This document shows positions 1-8,635 of a stretch of DNA of 17,774 nucleotides, in pieces (position 1 is the first letter of the stretch; every line of letters begins with the position of its first letter). The position numbers and the translations under genes are program-made. Where the stretch lies: assembly GCA_037969075.1 (NCBI GenBank), contig JBBKWS010000027.1, forward strand, positions 1 through 17,774, in the 5' to 3' direction. A model generated the notes under the pieces. That model was not told the origin of the DNA and did no database searches. It worked only from the letters and a program-made list of their open reading frames with translations. This stretch comes from Bdellovibrionales bacterium. Its GTDB lineage: Bacteria; Bdellovibrionota; Bdellovibrionia; Bdellovibrionales; UBA840.

Positions 1-38
1 GCTAAAAATAATAAACCAACCTTGGTCTCATGCTTCAT
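1..38 (-). CDS. mlaD: 5' end of probable MlaD/MCE-family protein (runs off the window)
   Basis: Manual translation from ATG at 38 gives MKHETKVGLLFLA, resembling the 'ExKVGLF' N-terminal anchor of MlaD/MCE proteins. SD-like GAGGGA lies upstream, and the start is 9 bp past the mlaE stop at 48. Only about 13 codons are visible. Confidence 0.65.
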   Translation of the reverse strand, partial: MKHETKVGLLFL

Positions 39-47
39 ATTGTTCCC

Positions 48-800
48 TCACGAGGCATAAAAATGTGAAAATATATAAGATAGTATAAAGTCTAAGAAAA
101 TGATGGCAACAGAAATACCGACAACCGCGTCGGTTGTCGCTTTTCCAACGCCTTCTGCGCCACTTTTTGCACGAAACCCACAAAAACAAGCAATAAGTGG
201 GATTGCAGCACCAAAACAAGCGGATTTAATCATTGCAAAGAGTAAATCTTGAAAACTCACAAATACGCGCATGGTAGTTAAAAACATACCTGACGTGTAG
301 CCTAGTTTATAAATAGAAACTAACATCGCGAAAAACAGACAAGCTAAGTTTGCAATTACCCCTAAAACAATATTACCTAGTATGCAGGCTAAAAGTTTTG
401 GTCCTACAAGGTATTGCACAGGATTGATTCCTAATAATTTTAACGCATCAATTTGTTCTGTAACTTGCATCGAACTAATCTCAGCAGCCCAACCCGCCCC
501 CACTCTTGAACCTAATAAAAGCGAACTTATAACCGAACCTAGCTCACGCAAAATCAAAATCGCAGCAAAGCCAGGAACGAGGGCATCACTCTGAATTACG
601 ATCTTCATGTGATAACTGGCCTCGATAATCGTAACTACCGCAGCAAAACCTACGCATATAATGATTACCGGCAGAGATTCAACCGCCACAAAATAAAGTG
701 CAGCAACTTTAGTTTTAATTCTCCACGGAGGTGTAAACACGGCCGCAAATGACATAACTAATAAGTGAGTAAAATCTCCAACAACAGTCAGCAGCCTCAT
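48..800 (-). CDS. mlaE: MlaE/YrbE-family ABC transporter permease (copy 2)
   Basis: Motifs RELGSVISSLLLGSRVGA, AEISSMQVTEQIDALKLLGINP and GAEGVGKATTDAVV; multiple TM segments. Start moved from 845 to ATG 800, which forms an ATGA overlap with the upstream stop (797-800). Confidence 0.92.
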   Translation of the reverse strand: MRLLTVVGDFTHLLVMSFAAVFTPPWRIKTKVAALYFVAVESLPVIIICVGFAAVVTIIEASYHMKIVIQSDALVPGFAAILILRELGSVISSLLLGSRVGAGWAAEISSMQVTEQIDALKLLGINPVQYLVGPKLLACILGNIVLGVIANLACLFFAMLVSIYKLGYTSGMFLTTMRVFVSFQDLLFAMIKSACFGAAIPLIACFCGFRAKSGAEGVGKATTDAVVGISVAIIFLDFILSYIFSHFYAS

Positions 801-1564
801 AAGAAAAGCCCTTGCCAAGTTTCTAATAAGAGCGAGGTGAACCAATCCATGATAACAATAATCAGCATTGTAGAAACTGAGGTTTTAACAACTGCAAGCC
901 CGACATTCTTTGCTCCGCCCGTTGTGTGGTAGCCGTAGTAGGTACAAAGGACTGCAATTACAAAGGCAAAACACAACGCCTTAACCACCCCACCTAAAAT
1001 AGAAATACCCGTTAAGAGTTGCGGAATATTACGAATGTATTCATCAAAGCTAATCCCACTAAATAGGTAACCCATTAATAATCCACCTAAAAAAGCGAAC
1101 AAGACCCCGTAAACCAATAAGAAGAAGGCCGCGATAATAATTCCAACAAATCTTGGTAAAATAATTTCTGTGATTGGATTCGCCCCAAGACAACGGATTG
1201 CATCAATTTGTTCGGTAATTTTCATACTTCCCAACTCTGCCGAAGTAAACGCCCCTACTTTTCCACTTAACATAAAAGCGATTAGTAATGGGCCGACTTC
1301 ACGAACCACACTACTAGTACTAAGCGCTCCAAGATAGCCATACGCACCAAACATCTTTATCTGCATGGTAAATTGTACGGTCATAATGCCGCCAACAAAA
1401 ACCCCAGACATAGTGGTGGTTGTAAAGCTCTGTGTGAAAACTCTCCAGATTTGCTCCATCAGCAATTTTCTAGAAATCCCGTGTTTACGCCAATTCGTTA
1501 TAAGCTCATCTATATATATAAGATATAATCCTACCTCTTGTAACCAAAGCTTAGCCATTGTCAT
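797..1564 (-). CDS. mlaE: MlaE/YrbE-family ABC transporter permease (copy 1)
   Basis: Motifs REVGPLLIAFMLSGKVGA, AELGSMKITEQIDAIRCLGANP and GGAKNVGLAVVKTSV. SD GAGGT 5 nt before the ATG; overlaps the upstream ATPase gene by 14 bp. Confidence 0.93.
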   Translation of the reverse strand: MTMAKLWLQEVGLYLIYIDELITNWRKHGISRKLLMEQIWRVFTQSFTTTTMSGVFVGGIMTVQFTMQIKMFGAYGYLGALSTSSVVREVGPLLIAFMLSGKVGAFTSAELGSMKITEQIDAIRCLGANPITEIILPRFVGIIIAAFFLLVYGVLFAFLGGLLMGYLFSGISFDEYIRNIPQLLTGISILGGVVKALCFAFVIAVLCTYYGYHTTGGAKNVGLAVVKTSVSTMLIIVIMDWFTSLLLETWQGLFL

Positions 1565-2291
1565 CGGATACCTCTAACATAAAATCTTTTACCAACGGAA
1601 CTTGGCTTTTTTGGATGTGGGCCACACTACCTTGATCCACAATATTACCTTTATCTAGTACAATGATTTTATCAGCAATTGCTATAGCACACTTCATATC
1701 GTGGCTAACAACCATAGAGGTAATTTTATGCTTTCTGGATAGTGTAAATATCAGTTGATTGATGGCGGTTGTGGTCACTGGATCTAAACCTGTTGTAGGC
1801 TCATCAAACAGCAAAACTTGCGGATGTATAGCTAGGGTTCTAGCAATACTGACACGCTTTTGCATACCGTAAGAAATTTCAGACGGTTTTTTTTCTAGGA
1901 TATTTAGTGGTAAATTAACATCTTCTAAACTTTGCTTTATTAACTGCTCAATATCCTCTTCATTTAATTTTTTTAAACGCCTTAAGCCAAACGCTAAATT
2001 TTCTTTTACTGTCAAAGAGTCAAACAGGGCCGGATGCTGAAAGATCATTCCGCACTGCTTTCTGATAGCTAAAAGCTGCTCTTCATTTAATTTAGTAATA
2101 TCCTCACCCTGAAAGAGAATCTGTCCTTGATCAGGCTTCATCAGCCCAATTGTATTTTTTAATAATACGGATTTTCCGGTACCGCTGGTACCTAATATAA
2201 AGACTATCTCGCCCTCTCCTACGGAAAAACTAATGTCGTTCAATACAGTTCGCCCGCTAAATGACTTTTTAATGTTTTGATATTCAATCAT
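1551..2291 (-). CDS. mlaF: MlaF/Mkl-family ABC ATPase (NBD-B: canonical Walker B and H-switch, variant signature ISYGM)
   Basis: Walker A GTSGTGKS, Q-loop IFQHPALFDSLTV, signature ISYGMQKR, Walker B/D-loop LLFDEPTTGLDP, switch VSHDM. Start moved from 2351 to ATG 2291 (AGGA upstream, 8-bp overlap with the preceding gene). Confidence 0.93.
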   Translation of the reverse strand: MIEYQNIKKSFSGRTVLNDISFSVGEGEIVFILGTSGTGKSVLLKNTIGLMKPDQGQILFQGEDITKLNEEQLLAIRKQCGMIFQHPALFDSLTVKENLAFGLRRLKKLNEEDIEQLIKQSLEDVNLPLNILEKKPSEISYGMQKRVSIARTLAIHPQVLLFDEPTTGLDPVTTTAINQLIFTLSRKHKITSMVVSHDMKCAIAIADKIIVLDKGNIVDQGSVAHIQKSQVPLVKDFMLEVSDDNG

Positions 2292-3027
2292 TCTGTATCC
2301 TAAGTGGGCCATCTTCAAGTCCGCGGATAAATTGATATACAACGGGATCACTACTTTGCTCTAAATCTTTGCTGCTGTTAAAAATACTGATTTTCTTATC
2401 GTTGATAAATAAAAAGATATCGCCCAGCTGCTTTGCTCTATCCATATCATTAGTCACACTTACGATTGTCATTTTATGCTGCTTTTGAGTTTGGCGGATT
2501 AACTGTGCAATTCCGCGACTGGTAATTGGGTCGAGCCCTGCAGTGGGGTCGTCATATAATATATGTTTTGGAATCAGAACCAAGCTTCTAGCAATCCCCA
2601 AGCGCTTTTGCATACCGCCAGAAATTTCATCGGGATATGAATCCTTGGCGTGCCACAAACCAACGTCTTCTAGAGTTTGTTGAACAACTTCTTGTATTTT
2701 TATCTCTGGATAAACTGCTCTTTCTCTTAATGGAAATGCTACATTTTCAAACACGCTCATAGAATCAAACAGCGCATTTTTTTGAAACAACATACTTAGA
2801 GGTATACCCTTAGGTTCTCTTAACCAGTCCTGCGGTTCTTTTTTATCAATGCGTATCTCACCCGAGCTTGGCTGAATCACTCCAGCAATTAATTTAAGCA
2901 ATGACGACTTTCCAATACCACTAGGGCCTAAAACAGAAATGGCCACTCCGTCTTCAATCGTAAGATTTACAGACTCAAGTATGGTTTGAGAGTTAAAATG
3001 TAAACTGACATTTTGTAATTCAACCAA
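2284..3027 (-). CDS. mlaF: MlaF/Mkl-family ABC ATPase (NBD-A: canonical signature, variant Walker B DD and switch N)
   Basis: Walker A GPSGIGKS, LFQKNALFDSMSV, signature ISGGMQKR, ILYDDPTAGLDP, VTNDM, and MlaF-type C-terminus DPVVYQFIRGLEDGP. Start moved from 3105 to TTG at 3027, which is 6 nt after SD GAGGAG (3034-3039). Confidence 0.9.
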   Translation of the reverse strand: MVELQNVSLHFNSQTILESVNLTIEDGVAISVLGPSGIGKSSLLKLIAGVIQPSSGEIRIDKKEPQDWLREPKGIPLSMLFQKNALFDSMSVFENVAFPLRERAVYPEIKIQEVVQQTLEDVGLWHAKDSYPDEISGGMQKRLGIARSLVLIPKHILYDDPTAGLDPITSRGIAQLIRQTQKQHKMTIVSVTNDMDRAKQLGDIFLFINDKKISIFNSSKDLEQSSDPVVYQFIRGLEDGPLRIQND

Positions 3028-3044
3028 AAATATCTCCTCTTTAT

Positions 3045-3072
3045 AGCATAGCAAGAGACTAGGACAGTGCAA
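3045..3072 (-). promoter_or_regulatory. candidate sigma70-type promoter for the mla/mce operon
   Basis: Minus strand TTGCAC (3067-3072)-16 bp-TATGCT (3045-3050), with an extended -10 TGn. Motif inspection only. Confidence 0.45.
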
Positions 3073-3109
3073 CATCGAATTAAGACTGCTGACTCTGCAT
3101 AGCATTACT

Positions 3110-3137
3110 TTGCAAGTAGGAAAAGATTCAATAAAAT
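3110..3137 (+). promoter_or_regulatory. candidate sigma70-type promoter for mdh-sucCD
   Basis: TTGCAA (3110-3115)-16 bp-TAAAAT (3132-3137) upstream of mdh. Motif inspection only. Confidence 0.5.
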
Positions 3138-3175
3138 GTAAAGCTTAGTAATCATAAAACTCGTCGAGGATAAAT

Positions 3176-4117
3176 ATGCATACACGTAAAAAGATTTCTG
3201 TAATTGGTGCTGGTTTTGTTGGATCTACATGTGCTCATTGGGCCGCGCAAAAAGAATTGGGCGATGTAGTCTTGGTTGATATCAATGAGGGCGCTGCCAA
3301 AGGTAAAGCCTTGGATTTATTTGAAGCCTCACCTGTTGAAGGCTTTGATGCAAAAGTAACAGGAACTTCTGATTACAAAGACACTGCAAATTCTGATGTT
3401 GTAATCATCACGGCAGGGATTCCAAGAAAACCTGGCATGAGCAGAGATGATCTTTTAGCAACAAATGCAAAAATTATGAAAGATGTTTGCGCTGGAGTAA
3501 AAGAATATAGTCCAAAAGCAGTGGTAATCGTTGTTAGTAACCCACTAGATGCAATGGCATACGTTGCTAAAAAAGAATTGGGCTTTCCACGTAGCCGCGT
3601 AATCGGAATGGCAGGAGTTTTAGACTCTGCAAGATTTAGATCTTTTATCGCAGAAGCTACTGGCGTAAGCGTAAAAGACATTAGTGCCTTTGTTTTGGGT
3701 GGCCACGGAGATACAATGGTTCCAATGCCAAGATATTGCAGTATCGGCGGACTTCCACTAACTACGTTCTTAAAACAATCTCAAATTGATGAAATCGTAG
3801 ATCGAACAAGAAAAGGCGGAGCTGAAATCGTGGGCTTACTAAAAACAGGCTCTGCATACTACGCTCCATCAGCAAGTGCTGTACAAATGGCTGAAGCAAT
3901 TTTAAAAGATCAAAATCGTATCTTACCATGTGCCGCTTGGCTCGAAGGTGAATTTGGACACAAAGATTTATTTGTGGGCGTACAATGCCAGTTAGGTAAA
4001 AATGGTTTAGAAAAAGTAATTGAATTTGAATTAAACGATGAAGAAAAGCAGGGCCTAGATCACTCGGTAAATGCCGTACGTGAACTTATGCAAGCTCTTA
4101 CAAAATTAAACGCTTAA
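3176..4117 (+). CDS. mdh: malate dehydrogenase (LDH-like MDH)
   Basis: Rossmann motif IGAGFVG, substrate loop [56 protein letters not shown]. Confidence 0.98.
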   Translation: MHTRKKISVIGAGFVGSTCAHWAAQKELGDVVLVDINEGAAKGKALDLFEASPVEGFDAKVTGTSDYKDTANSDVVIITAGIPRKPGMSRDDLLATNAKIMKDVCAGVKEYSPKAVVIVVSNPLDAMAYVAKKELGFPRSRVIGMAGVLDSARFRSFIAEATGVSVKDISAFVLGGHGDTMVPMPRYCSIGGLPLTTFLKQSQIDEIVDRTRKGGAEIVGLLKTGSAYYAPSASAVQMAEAILKDQNRILPCAAWLEGEFGHKDLFVGVQCQLGKNGLEKVIEFELNDEEKQGLDHSVNAVRELMQALTKLNA

Positions 4118-4135
4118 TAAATAATTGGAGATAAA

Positions 4136-5299
4136 ATGAATATACATGAGTATCAGGCCAAACAGGTATTGCGTCAGTTTGGTGTTAACACACTAAAGGG
4201 CAAGCCCGCGAAAAGTGTCGAGGAAGCTGTAAAAATCGCACAAGAAATGGGTGGCAAAGTTTGGGTTGTTAAAGCTCAAATTCATGCTGGTGGTAGAGGA
4301 AAAGCAGGCGGCGTAAAAGTTGCAAAATCAATAGAAGAAGTAAAAAAATACGCTACAGACATCATGGGCAAAACTTTGGTGACTCCGCAAACAGGGCCTG
4401 AGGGCAAAAAAGTACAGCTACTTTTTGTTGAAGAGGGTTGTAATATTAAAAAAGAATATTATGTCGCAGCCCTTGTCGACCGCGCTACCGGAAAAGTTGC
4501 TATGATGGCATCAAGTGAGGGCGGAATGGACATCGAAGAGGTGGCTGCTCATACTCCTGAAAAAATTCATACAGTACAAATTGATCCTGTAACTGGCTTA
4601 ATGCCTTACCAGGCCCGCGAACTTGCATTCAAGATTGGTATGCCTGCTCCGATCGTTAATAAAGCGGTGAAGTTTTTCACTGCTTTGTACGAAGCTTTCA
4701 TTGCTAAAGATGCCTCTATGGCTGAAATCAATCCTTTGGTTGAAACCGTTGATGGCGATGTGATTTGTTTAGATGCGAAAATGAATTTTGATTCAAACGC
4801 GCTTTATCGTCACACCGATATTGTTGAAATGCGCGATCTATCCGAAGAAGAGCCAACAGAAATTGAAGCGAGCAAACATGACCTTGCCTTTATTAAATTA
4901 GATGGAAACATCGGTTGTATGGTGAATGGCGCGGGTCTTGCGATGGCAACTTTAGATATTATTAAGTTAGAGGGCGGCAATCCTGCGAACTTTTTAGATG
5001 TGGGCGGCGGAGCTACGAAAGAAAAAGTAACTGCGGCTTTCAAGATCATCCTTGAAGACAAAAACGTAAAAGGTATTTTGATTAATATTTTTGGCGGAAT
5101 TATGAAGTGTGACATTATTGCTGATGGCGTAATCTCTGCTTCGAAAGAATTAGGATTAAAAGTTCCATTGGTAGTGCGCTTACAAGGTACTAACGTTGAT
5201 ATTGGTAAAAAAATGTTAAAAGACAGCGGCCTTAATATTTTACCCGCCGAAGATTTAAAAGATGCAGCGAAAAAGATCGTTGCGGCAGTGAAAGGATAG
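4136..5299 (+). CDS. sucC: succinyl-CoA synthetase beta subunit
   Basis: [68 protein letters not shown]. Confidence 0.99.
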   Translation: MNIHEYQAKQVLRQFGVNTLKGKPAKSVEEAVKIAQEMGGKVWVVKAQIHAGGRGKAGGVKVAKSIEEVKKYATDIMGKTLVTPQTGPEGKKVQLLFVEEGCNIKKEYYVAALVDRATGKVAMMASSEGGMDIEEVAAHTPEKIHTVQIDPVTGLMPYQARELAFKIGMPAPIVNKAVKFFTALYEAFIAKDASMAEINPLVETVDGDVICLDAKMNFDSNALYRHTDIVEMRDLSEEEPTEIEASKHDLAFIKLDGNIGCMVNGAGLAMATLDIIKLEGGNPANFLDVGGGATKEKVTAAFKIILEDKNVKGILINIFGGIMKCDIIADGVISASKELGLKVPLVVRLQGTNVDIGKKMLKDSGLNILPAEDLKDAAKKIVAAVKG

Positions 5300-5303
5300 A
5301 ACC

Positions 5304-6170
5304 ATGGCAATTATGATTGATAAAAACACAAAGGTTATTTGCCAAGGTATTACTGGCTCACAAGGAACATTTCATACGCAGCAAGCTATCGAATACGGTA
5401 CAAAAATGGTTGGCGGAGTTACTCCTGGAAAGGGCGGATCAAAGCATTTAGATCTTCCTATTTTCAATACCGTTGGAGATGCTAAAGAAAAAACTGGTTG
5501 TAACGCCTCAGTAATTTACGTACCTCCCCCATTTGCAGCTGATGCAATCATGGAGGCGGTGGATGCGGATTTAGATTTAGTGATTTGTATCACAGAAGGC
5601 ATTCCTGTTTTAGACATGGTAAAAGTTAAGCGTTTCATGGAAGGTAAACGCACTCGCTTGGTAGGTCCAAACTGTCCCGGCGTAATTACTCCTGGTCAGT
5701 GTAAGATTGGAATCATGCCAGGATTTATTCATAAACCTGGTCGCATCGGTGTGCTTTCAAGATCTGGAACTCTAACTTATGAAGCAGTTTATCAGTTAAC
5801 ACAAATTGGTTTAGGCCAAAGCACTTGTGTTGGTATCGGTGGTGATCCAGTAAACGGCACTAACTTTATTGATGTTTTAGAGATGTTTAATAAAGATAAA
5901 GATACGGATGCTGTAATTATGATTGGTGAAATTGGTGGATCAGCTGAAGAAGAAGCGGCTGAATACATTAAGCGCGAATTTAAAAAACCAATGGCTTGTT
6001 TTATTGCTGGTGCATCTGCTCCTGCAGGAAAACGAATGGGCCATGCTGGCGCTATTATCAGCGGTGGCAAAGGAACAGCTGAAGCCAAGTTTGAAGCCCT
6101 GCAATCTGCGGGTTGCAAAATTGCAAGAAGCCCTTCTGAACTAGGGTCTACGCTAAAAGCTGCTCTATAA
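5304..6170 (+). CDS. sucD: succinyl-CoA synthetase alpha subunit
   Basis: [39 protein letters not shown], and phospho-His motif MGHAGAII. Confidence 0.99.
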   Translation: MAIMIDKNTKVICQGITGSQGTFHTQQAIEYGTKMVGGVTPGKGGSKHLDLPIFNTVGDAKEKTGCNASVIYVPPPFAADAIMEAVDADLDLVICITEGIPVLDMVKVKRFMEGKRTRLVGPNCPGVITPGQCKIGIMPGFIHKPGRIGVLSRSGTLTYEAVYQLTQIGLGQSTCVGIGGDPVNGTNFIDVLEMFNKDKDTDAVIMIGEIGGSAEEEAAEYIKREFKKPMACFIAGASAPAGKRMGHAGAIISGGKGTAEAKFEALQSAGCKIARSPSELGSTLKAAL

Positions 6171-6190
6171 AATTCATTACAAATTATTGA

Positions 6191-6224
6191 AATAAAAAAG
6201 CCCCATATACGGGGCTTTTTTATT
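6191..6224. terminator. intrinsic terminator, probably bidirectional, after sucD
   Basis: Perfect 14-bp inverted repeat AATAAAAAAGCCCC-atatac-GGGGCTTTTTTATT with A6/T6 tracts, 20 bp after the sucD stop. Confidence 0.9.
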
Positions 6225-6251
6225 GCTTTAAATATCTGATTACGCTAAAGA
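6223..6251 (+). promoter_or_regulatory. candidate promoter for ndk
   Basis: TTGCTT (6223-6228)-17 bp-TAAAGA (6246-6251). The -10 lacks the final T. The terminator just upstream implies ndk needs its own promoter or read-through. Confidence 0.35.
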
Positions 6252-6274
6252 ATTAGACAAACTAAGGAGCCCCA

Positions 6275-6700
6275 ATGTCTAAAGAGGTAACGTTCTCAAT
6301 TATTAAGCCAAATGCTATGAAAAAAAATGTAATCGGTAAAGTCGTAGATAAGTTTGAATCTAACGGTTTGAAAATCGCAGGCATGAAAATCATGAATATT
6401 TCTAAATCTAAAGCTGAGGAATTCTACGCTGAACATAGCGCTCGTCCATTTTTTGGTGAGTTAGTAGAGTTTATGACTTCGGCTCCAGTTGTTGTAATGG
6501 CTTTGGCTGGTGAAAATGCTGTTCTTAAAAATCGCGAAATCATGGGAGCTACAGACCCTGCAAAAGCGGCCGAAGGTACTATTCGCAAGGTGTTTGGTGA
6601 TTCAATGGGCGAAAATGCTGTACATGGTAGCGATAGTGTTGAGAGTGCGAAAAGAGAATTAGCGTTATTTTTCGAAAATAACGAAATCTGCAACGCTTAA
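6275..6700 (+). CDS. ndk: nucleoside diphosphate kinase
   Basis: [33 protein letters not shown], and catalytic [16 protein letters not shown]. Confidence 0.99.
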   Translation: MSKEVTFSIIKPNAMKKNVIGKVVDKFESNGLKIAGMKIMNISKSKAEEFYAEHSARPFFGELVEFMTSAPVVVMALAGENAVLKNREIMGATDPAKAAEGTIRKVFGDSMGENAVHGSDSVESAKRELALFFENNEICNA

Positions 6701-6727
6701 TTATTTTTCGGCCTAGCCGATTTATAT

Positions 6728-7843
6728 ATGCTTACTTCGCAGCAAATTATTTCACTAAAAATCGATAAATTAAGTTTTGGTGGTGACGGCATTGGTCGCT
6801 ACCAAAATTTTGTTATCTTTGTGCCTTTTTCTGCACCTGGTGATGAGCTAGAGGTGCAAATTACTGAGAGCAAAAGAACATTTGCTAAAGCCAATATTTT
6901 AAAAATTTTAAAACCTAGTCCGCACCGAGTAAGTCCTGACTGTAAAGTTTTCGGCACTTGCGGTGGCTGTCAATGGCAGCACATTAGTTACGGTGAACAA
7001 TTAAAACAAAAGCAATTAATTCTCACAGAAATGGCTCATAAAGAGGGTCTAGAATTACCCCCTAACATTGAGATGATTCCCTCAAAATCATACGCATATA
7101 GAAATAGAGTTCAGTTGCGCGCCTTTAGAGACAGGCTTGGATTTTTTCAGAAAAATTCCCATTCCGTTATTGATATTGATGGTTGTCCTGTTGCCCTGCC
7201 CATCATCAATGATGGCATTAAATCATTGCGTAGCAAGTTGCCAGTGGCTAGGGAAAAAAAATTTGAGATTTATAAAATAAATGATACTGAAATTCACATT
7301 TCTGAGAACATGGCCCACGGTGAAGAGCTTGGGTTTTCTCAAAATAACGAGGAATGCAACCAAAAACTAATTAATCATGTTGTAGAATACTGTAAGGATT
7401 TCTCTAGCAATAACTTATGGGATTTATATTGCGGCAAAGGTAACTTTAGCATACCGCTGGCACAAAACTTAGAAAAAAAGAACATCATCGGCGTTGAAGT
7501 AAACGCTAACAGCATAAGAGAAGTGAGTCGTAAAACCCATGACATAACTAACCTAGAGTTTGTCTGTTCTGATGTGAAACCATGGCTTAATAAAATACCG
7601 CTGACTCAGGCCGTTGTTGTACTAGATCCACCTCGCATAGGATGTGACCAGGAGTTTCTAACAACACTCTTAAGGCATCCACTAGAAGGAATCGTATATA
7701 TTAGCTGTAATCCCAGCGTACTGTTTCGTGATCTTAAGAGAATTCAAAAATCTCGTCCCGACTTAAAAATTAAGAAAGTAAAGCTTTTTGATATGTTTCC
7801 ACAGACTTATCACTTTGAAGCATTAGTACAGCTCGCAACATAG
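6728..7843 (+). CDS. rlmD: TRAM-domain, 4Fe-4S RNA (uracil-5)-methyltransferase, RlmD/TrmA family
   Basis: N-terminal TRAM (IDKLSFGGDGIGR...FVPFSAPGD), Fe-S motif CKVFGTCGGCQWQH plus later DGCP, FSQNN, SAM motif DLYCGKGNF, LDPPRIG, catalytic YISCNP, DMFPQTYHFE. The exact RNA target is not determinable. Confidence 0.85.
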   Translation: MLTSQQIISLKIDKLSFGGDGIGRYQNFVIFVPFSAPGDELEVQITESKRTFAKANILKILKPSPHRVSPDCKVFGTCGGCQWQHISYGEQLKQKQLILTEMAHKEGLELPPNIEMIPSKSYAYRNRVQLRAFRDRLGFFQKNSHSVIDIDGCPVALPIINDGIKSLRSKLPVAREKKFEIYKINDTEIHISENMAHGEELGFSQNNEECNQKLINHVVEYCKDFSSNNLWDLYCGKGNFSIPLAQNLEKKNIIGVEVNANSIREVSRKTHDITNLEFVCSDVKPWLNKIPLTQAVVVLDPPRIGCDQEFLTTLLRHPLEGIVYISCNPSVLFRDLKRIQKSRPDLKIKKVKLFDMFPQTYHFEALVQLAT

Positions 7844-7885
7844 AATTAACTTGTGCCCAGTCGGTGCATTTGTTACTTTTTTCAT

Positions 7886-8635
7886 ATGAGATTATTGGCT
7901 TTTTTCATACTTATATTTACGATCTCCTGTGCCTCCGCAGATAAAAATAAGCGTTTTTCTTTAATCCATACCGAGATGGGTACAAGCTATTTAAATGACA
8001 AGCAGTATGCTCTGGCTTTTAGAGAATTGTTTACGGCAGTCGAGTTAGACCCTACAAATGAAGTTGCGCAAAATAATTTGGCCCTCACCTACTTATCAAG
8101 CCACAAATCTGAGGATGCTAGAAAACATTTTTTAGAAGCCATTAAAATAAATCCCAAATACACTGATGCTAGAACTAATCTTGGTGCCCTTTATTTATCA
8201 GAGAAAAAATACACTTTGGCGCAGGAGCAACTAGAACTTGCTAAAAGTGATTTAACTTACACAGAGCCTGAGAAACTAAATGCTAACCTTGGGGCAACCT
8301 ATTTTTATCTCGGTAATTTTGTAAAAGCCGAAGAGTATTTAAAGCAATCCATTTTATCTGATCGAAAGTATTGTCGGGCGCATAGGTATTATGGACCAAC
8401 GTTATACCACTTAAACCTGTTAGATCGGGCTAATAAGGCCATTGAGCACGCTATCGGTCTGTGTAAAGATGAAAAGTACCCAGAGTTTTTCTATTATGGC
8501 GGATTAACATATTACAAGCTCGGCGATACCATTAAAGCAAATGCAAAATGGAACGAACTCGAAAGTTTTTACCCTAATCACTCATACACAAAAGAAATAA
8601 AAACATATCAAAAAATTATAGAGAAAACATTATGA
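7886..8635 (+). CDS. pilF: TPR lipoprotein, Tgl/PilF(PilW)-like type IV pilus pilotin
   Basis: From ATG 7886: signal MRLLAFFILIFTIS|C (imperfect lipobox), then TPR repeats (AQNNLALTY, ARTNLGALY, DLTYTEPEKLNANLG, KYCRAH). Sits directly upstream of rodZ, as pilF/tgl commonly do; ATGA overlap with rodZ. Confidence 0.75.
   Translation: MRLLAFFILIFTISCASADKNKRFSLIHTEMGTSYLNDKQYALAFRELFTAVELDPTNEVAQNNLALTYLSSHKSEDARKHFLEAIKINPKYTDARTNLGALYLSEKKYTLAQEQLELAKSDLTYTEPEKLNANLGATYFYLGNFVKAEEYLKQSILSDRKYCRAHRYYGPTLYHLNLLDRANKAIEHAIGLCKDEKYPEFFYYGGLTYYKLGDTIKANAKWNELESFYPNHSYTKEIKTYQKIIEKTL

Noticed and set aside
28..1577. Short ORFs 28-219, 382-594 and 1365-1577
   Set aside because: They overlap the mlaE genes in other frames or strands and have no independent support.
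2284..3027. NBD-A as a decaying pseudogene
   Set aside because: The ORF is intact with a strong SD, and Walker A, Q-loop, signature and D-loop are preserved. Its substitutions complement the partner's, which fits an asymmetric heterodimer better than decay.
801..3105. Longer ORF-track starts at 845, 2351 and 3105 (likewise 7853 for the TPR lipoprotein)
   Set aside because: The extensions are non-homologous and overlap neighbouring genes or promoters. The downstream starts have SD motifs, stop-start coupling or a signal peptide.
3373..6693. Antisense or alternative-frame ORFs over mdh, sucC, sucD and ndk (3373-3681, 4810-5310, 5792-6118, 5923-6144, 6424-6693)
   Set aside because: Shadow ORFs of well-conserved, codon-biased genes, with no motifs or RBS.
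6708..6720. Hairpin TCGGC-CTA-GCCGA after ndk as a terminator
   Set aside because: Only a 5-bp stem with a 3-nt loop and a weak U-tract, 7 nt before the next start; too weak to call.
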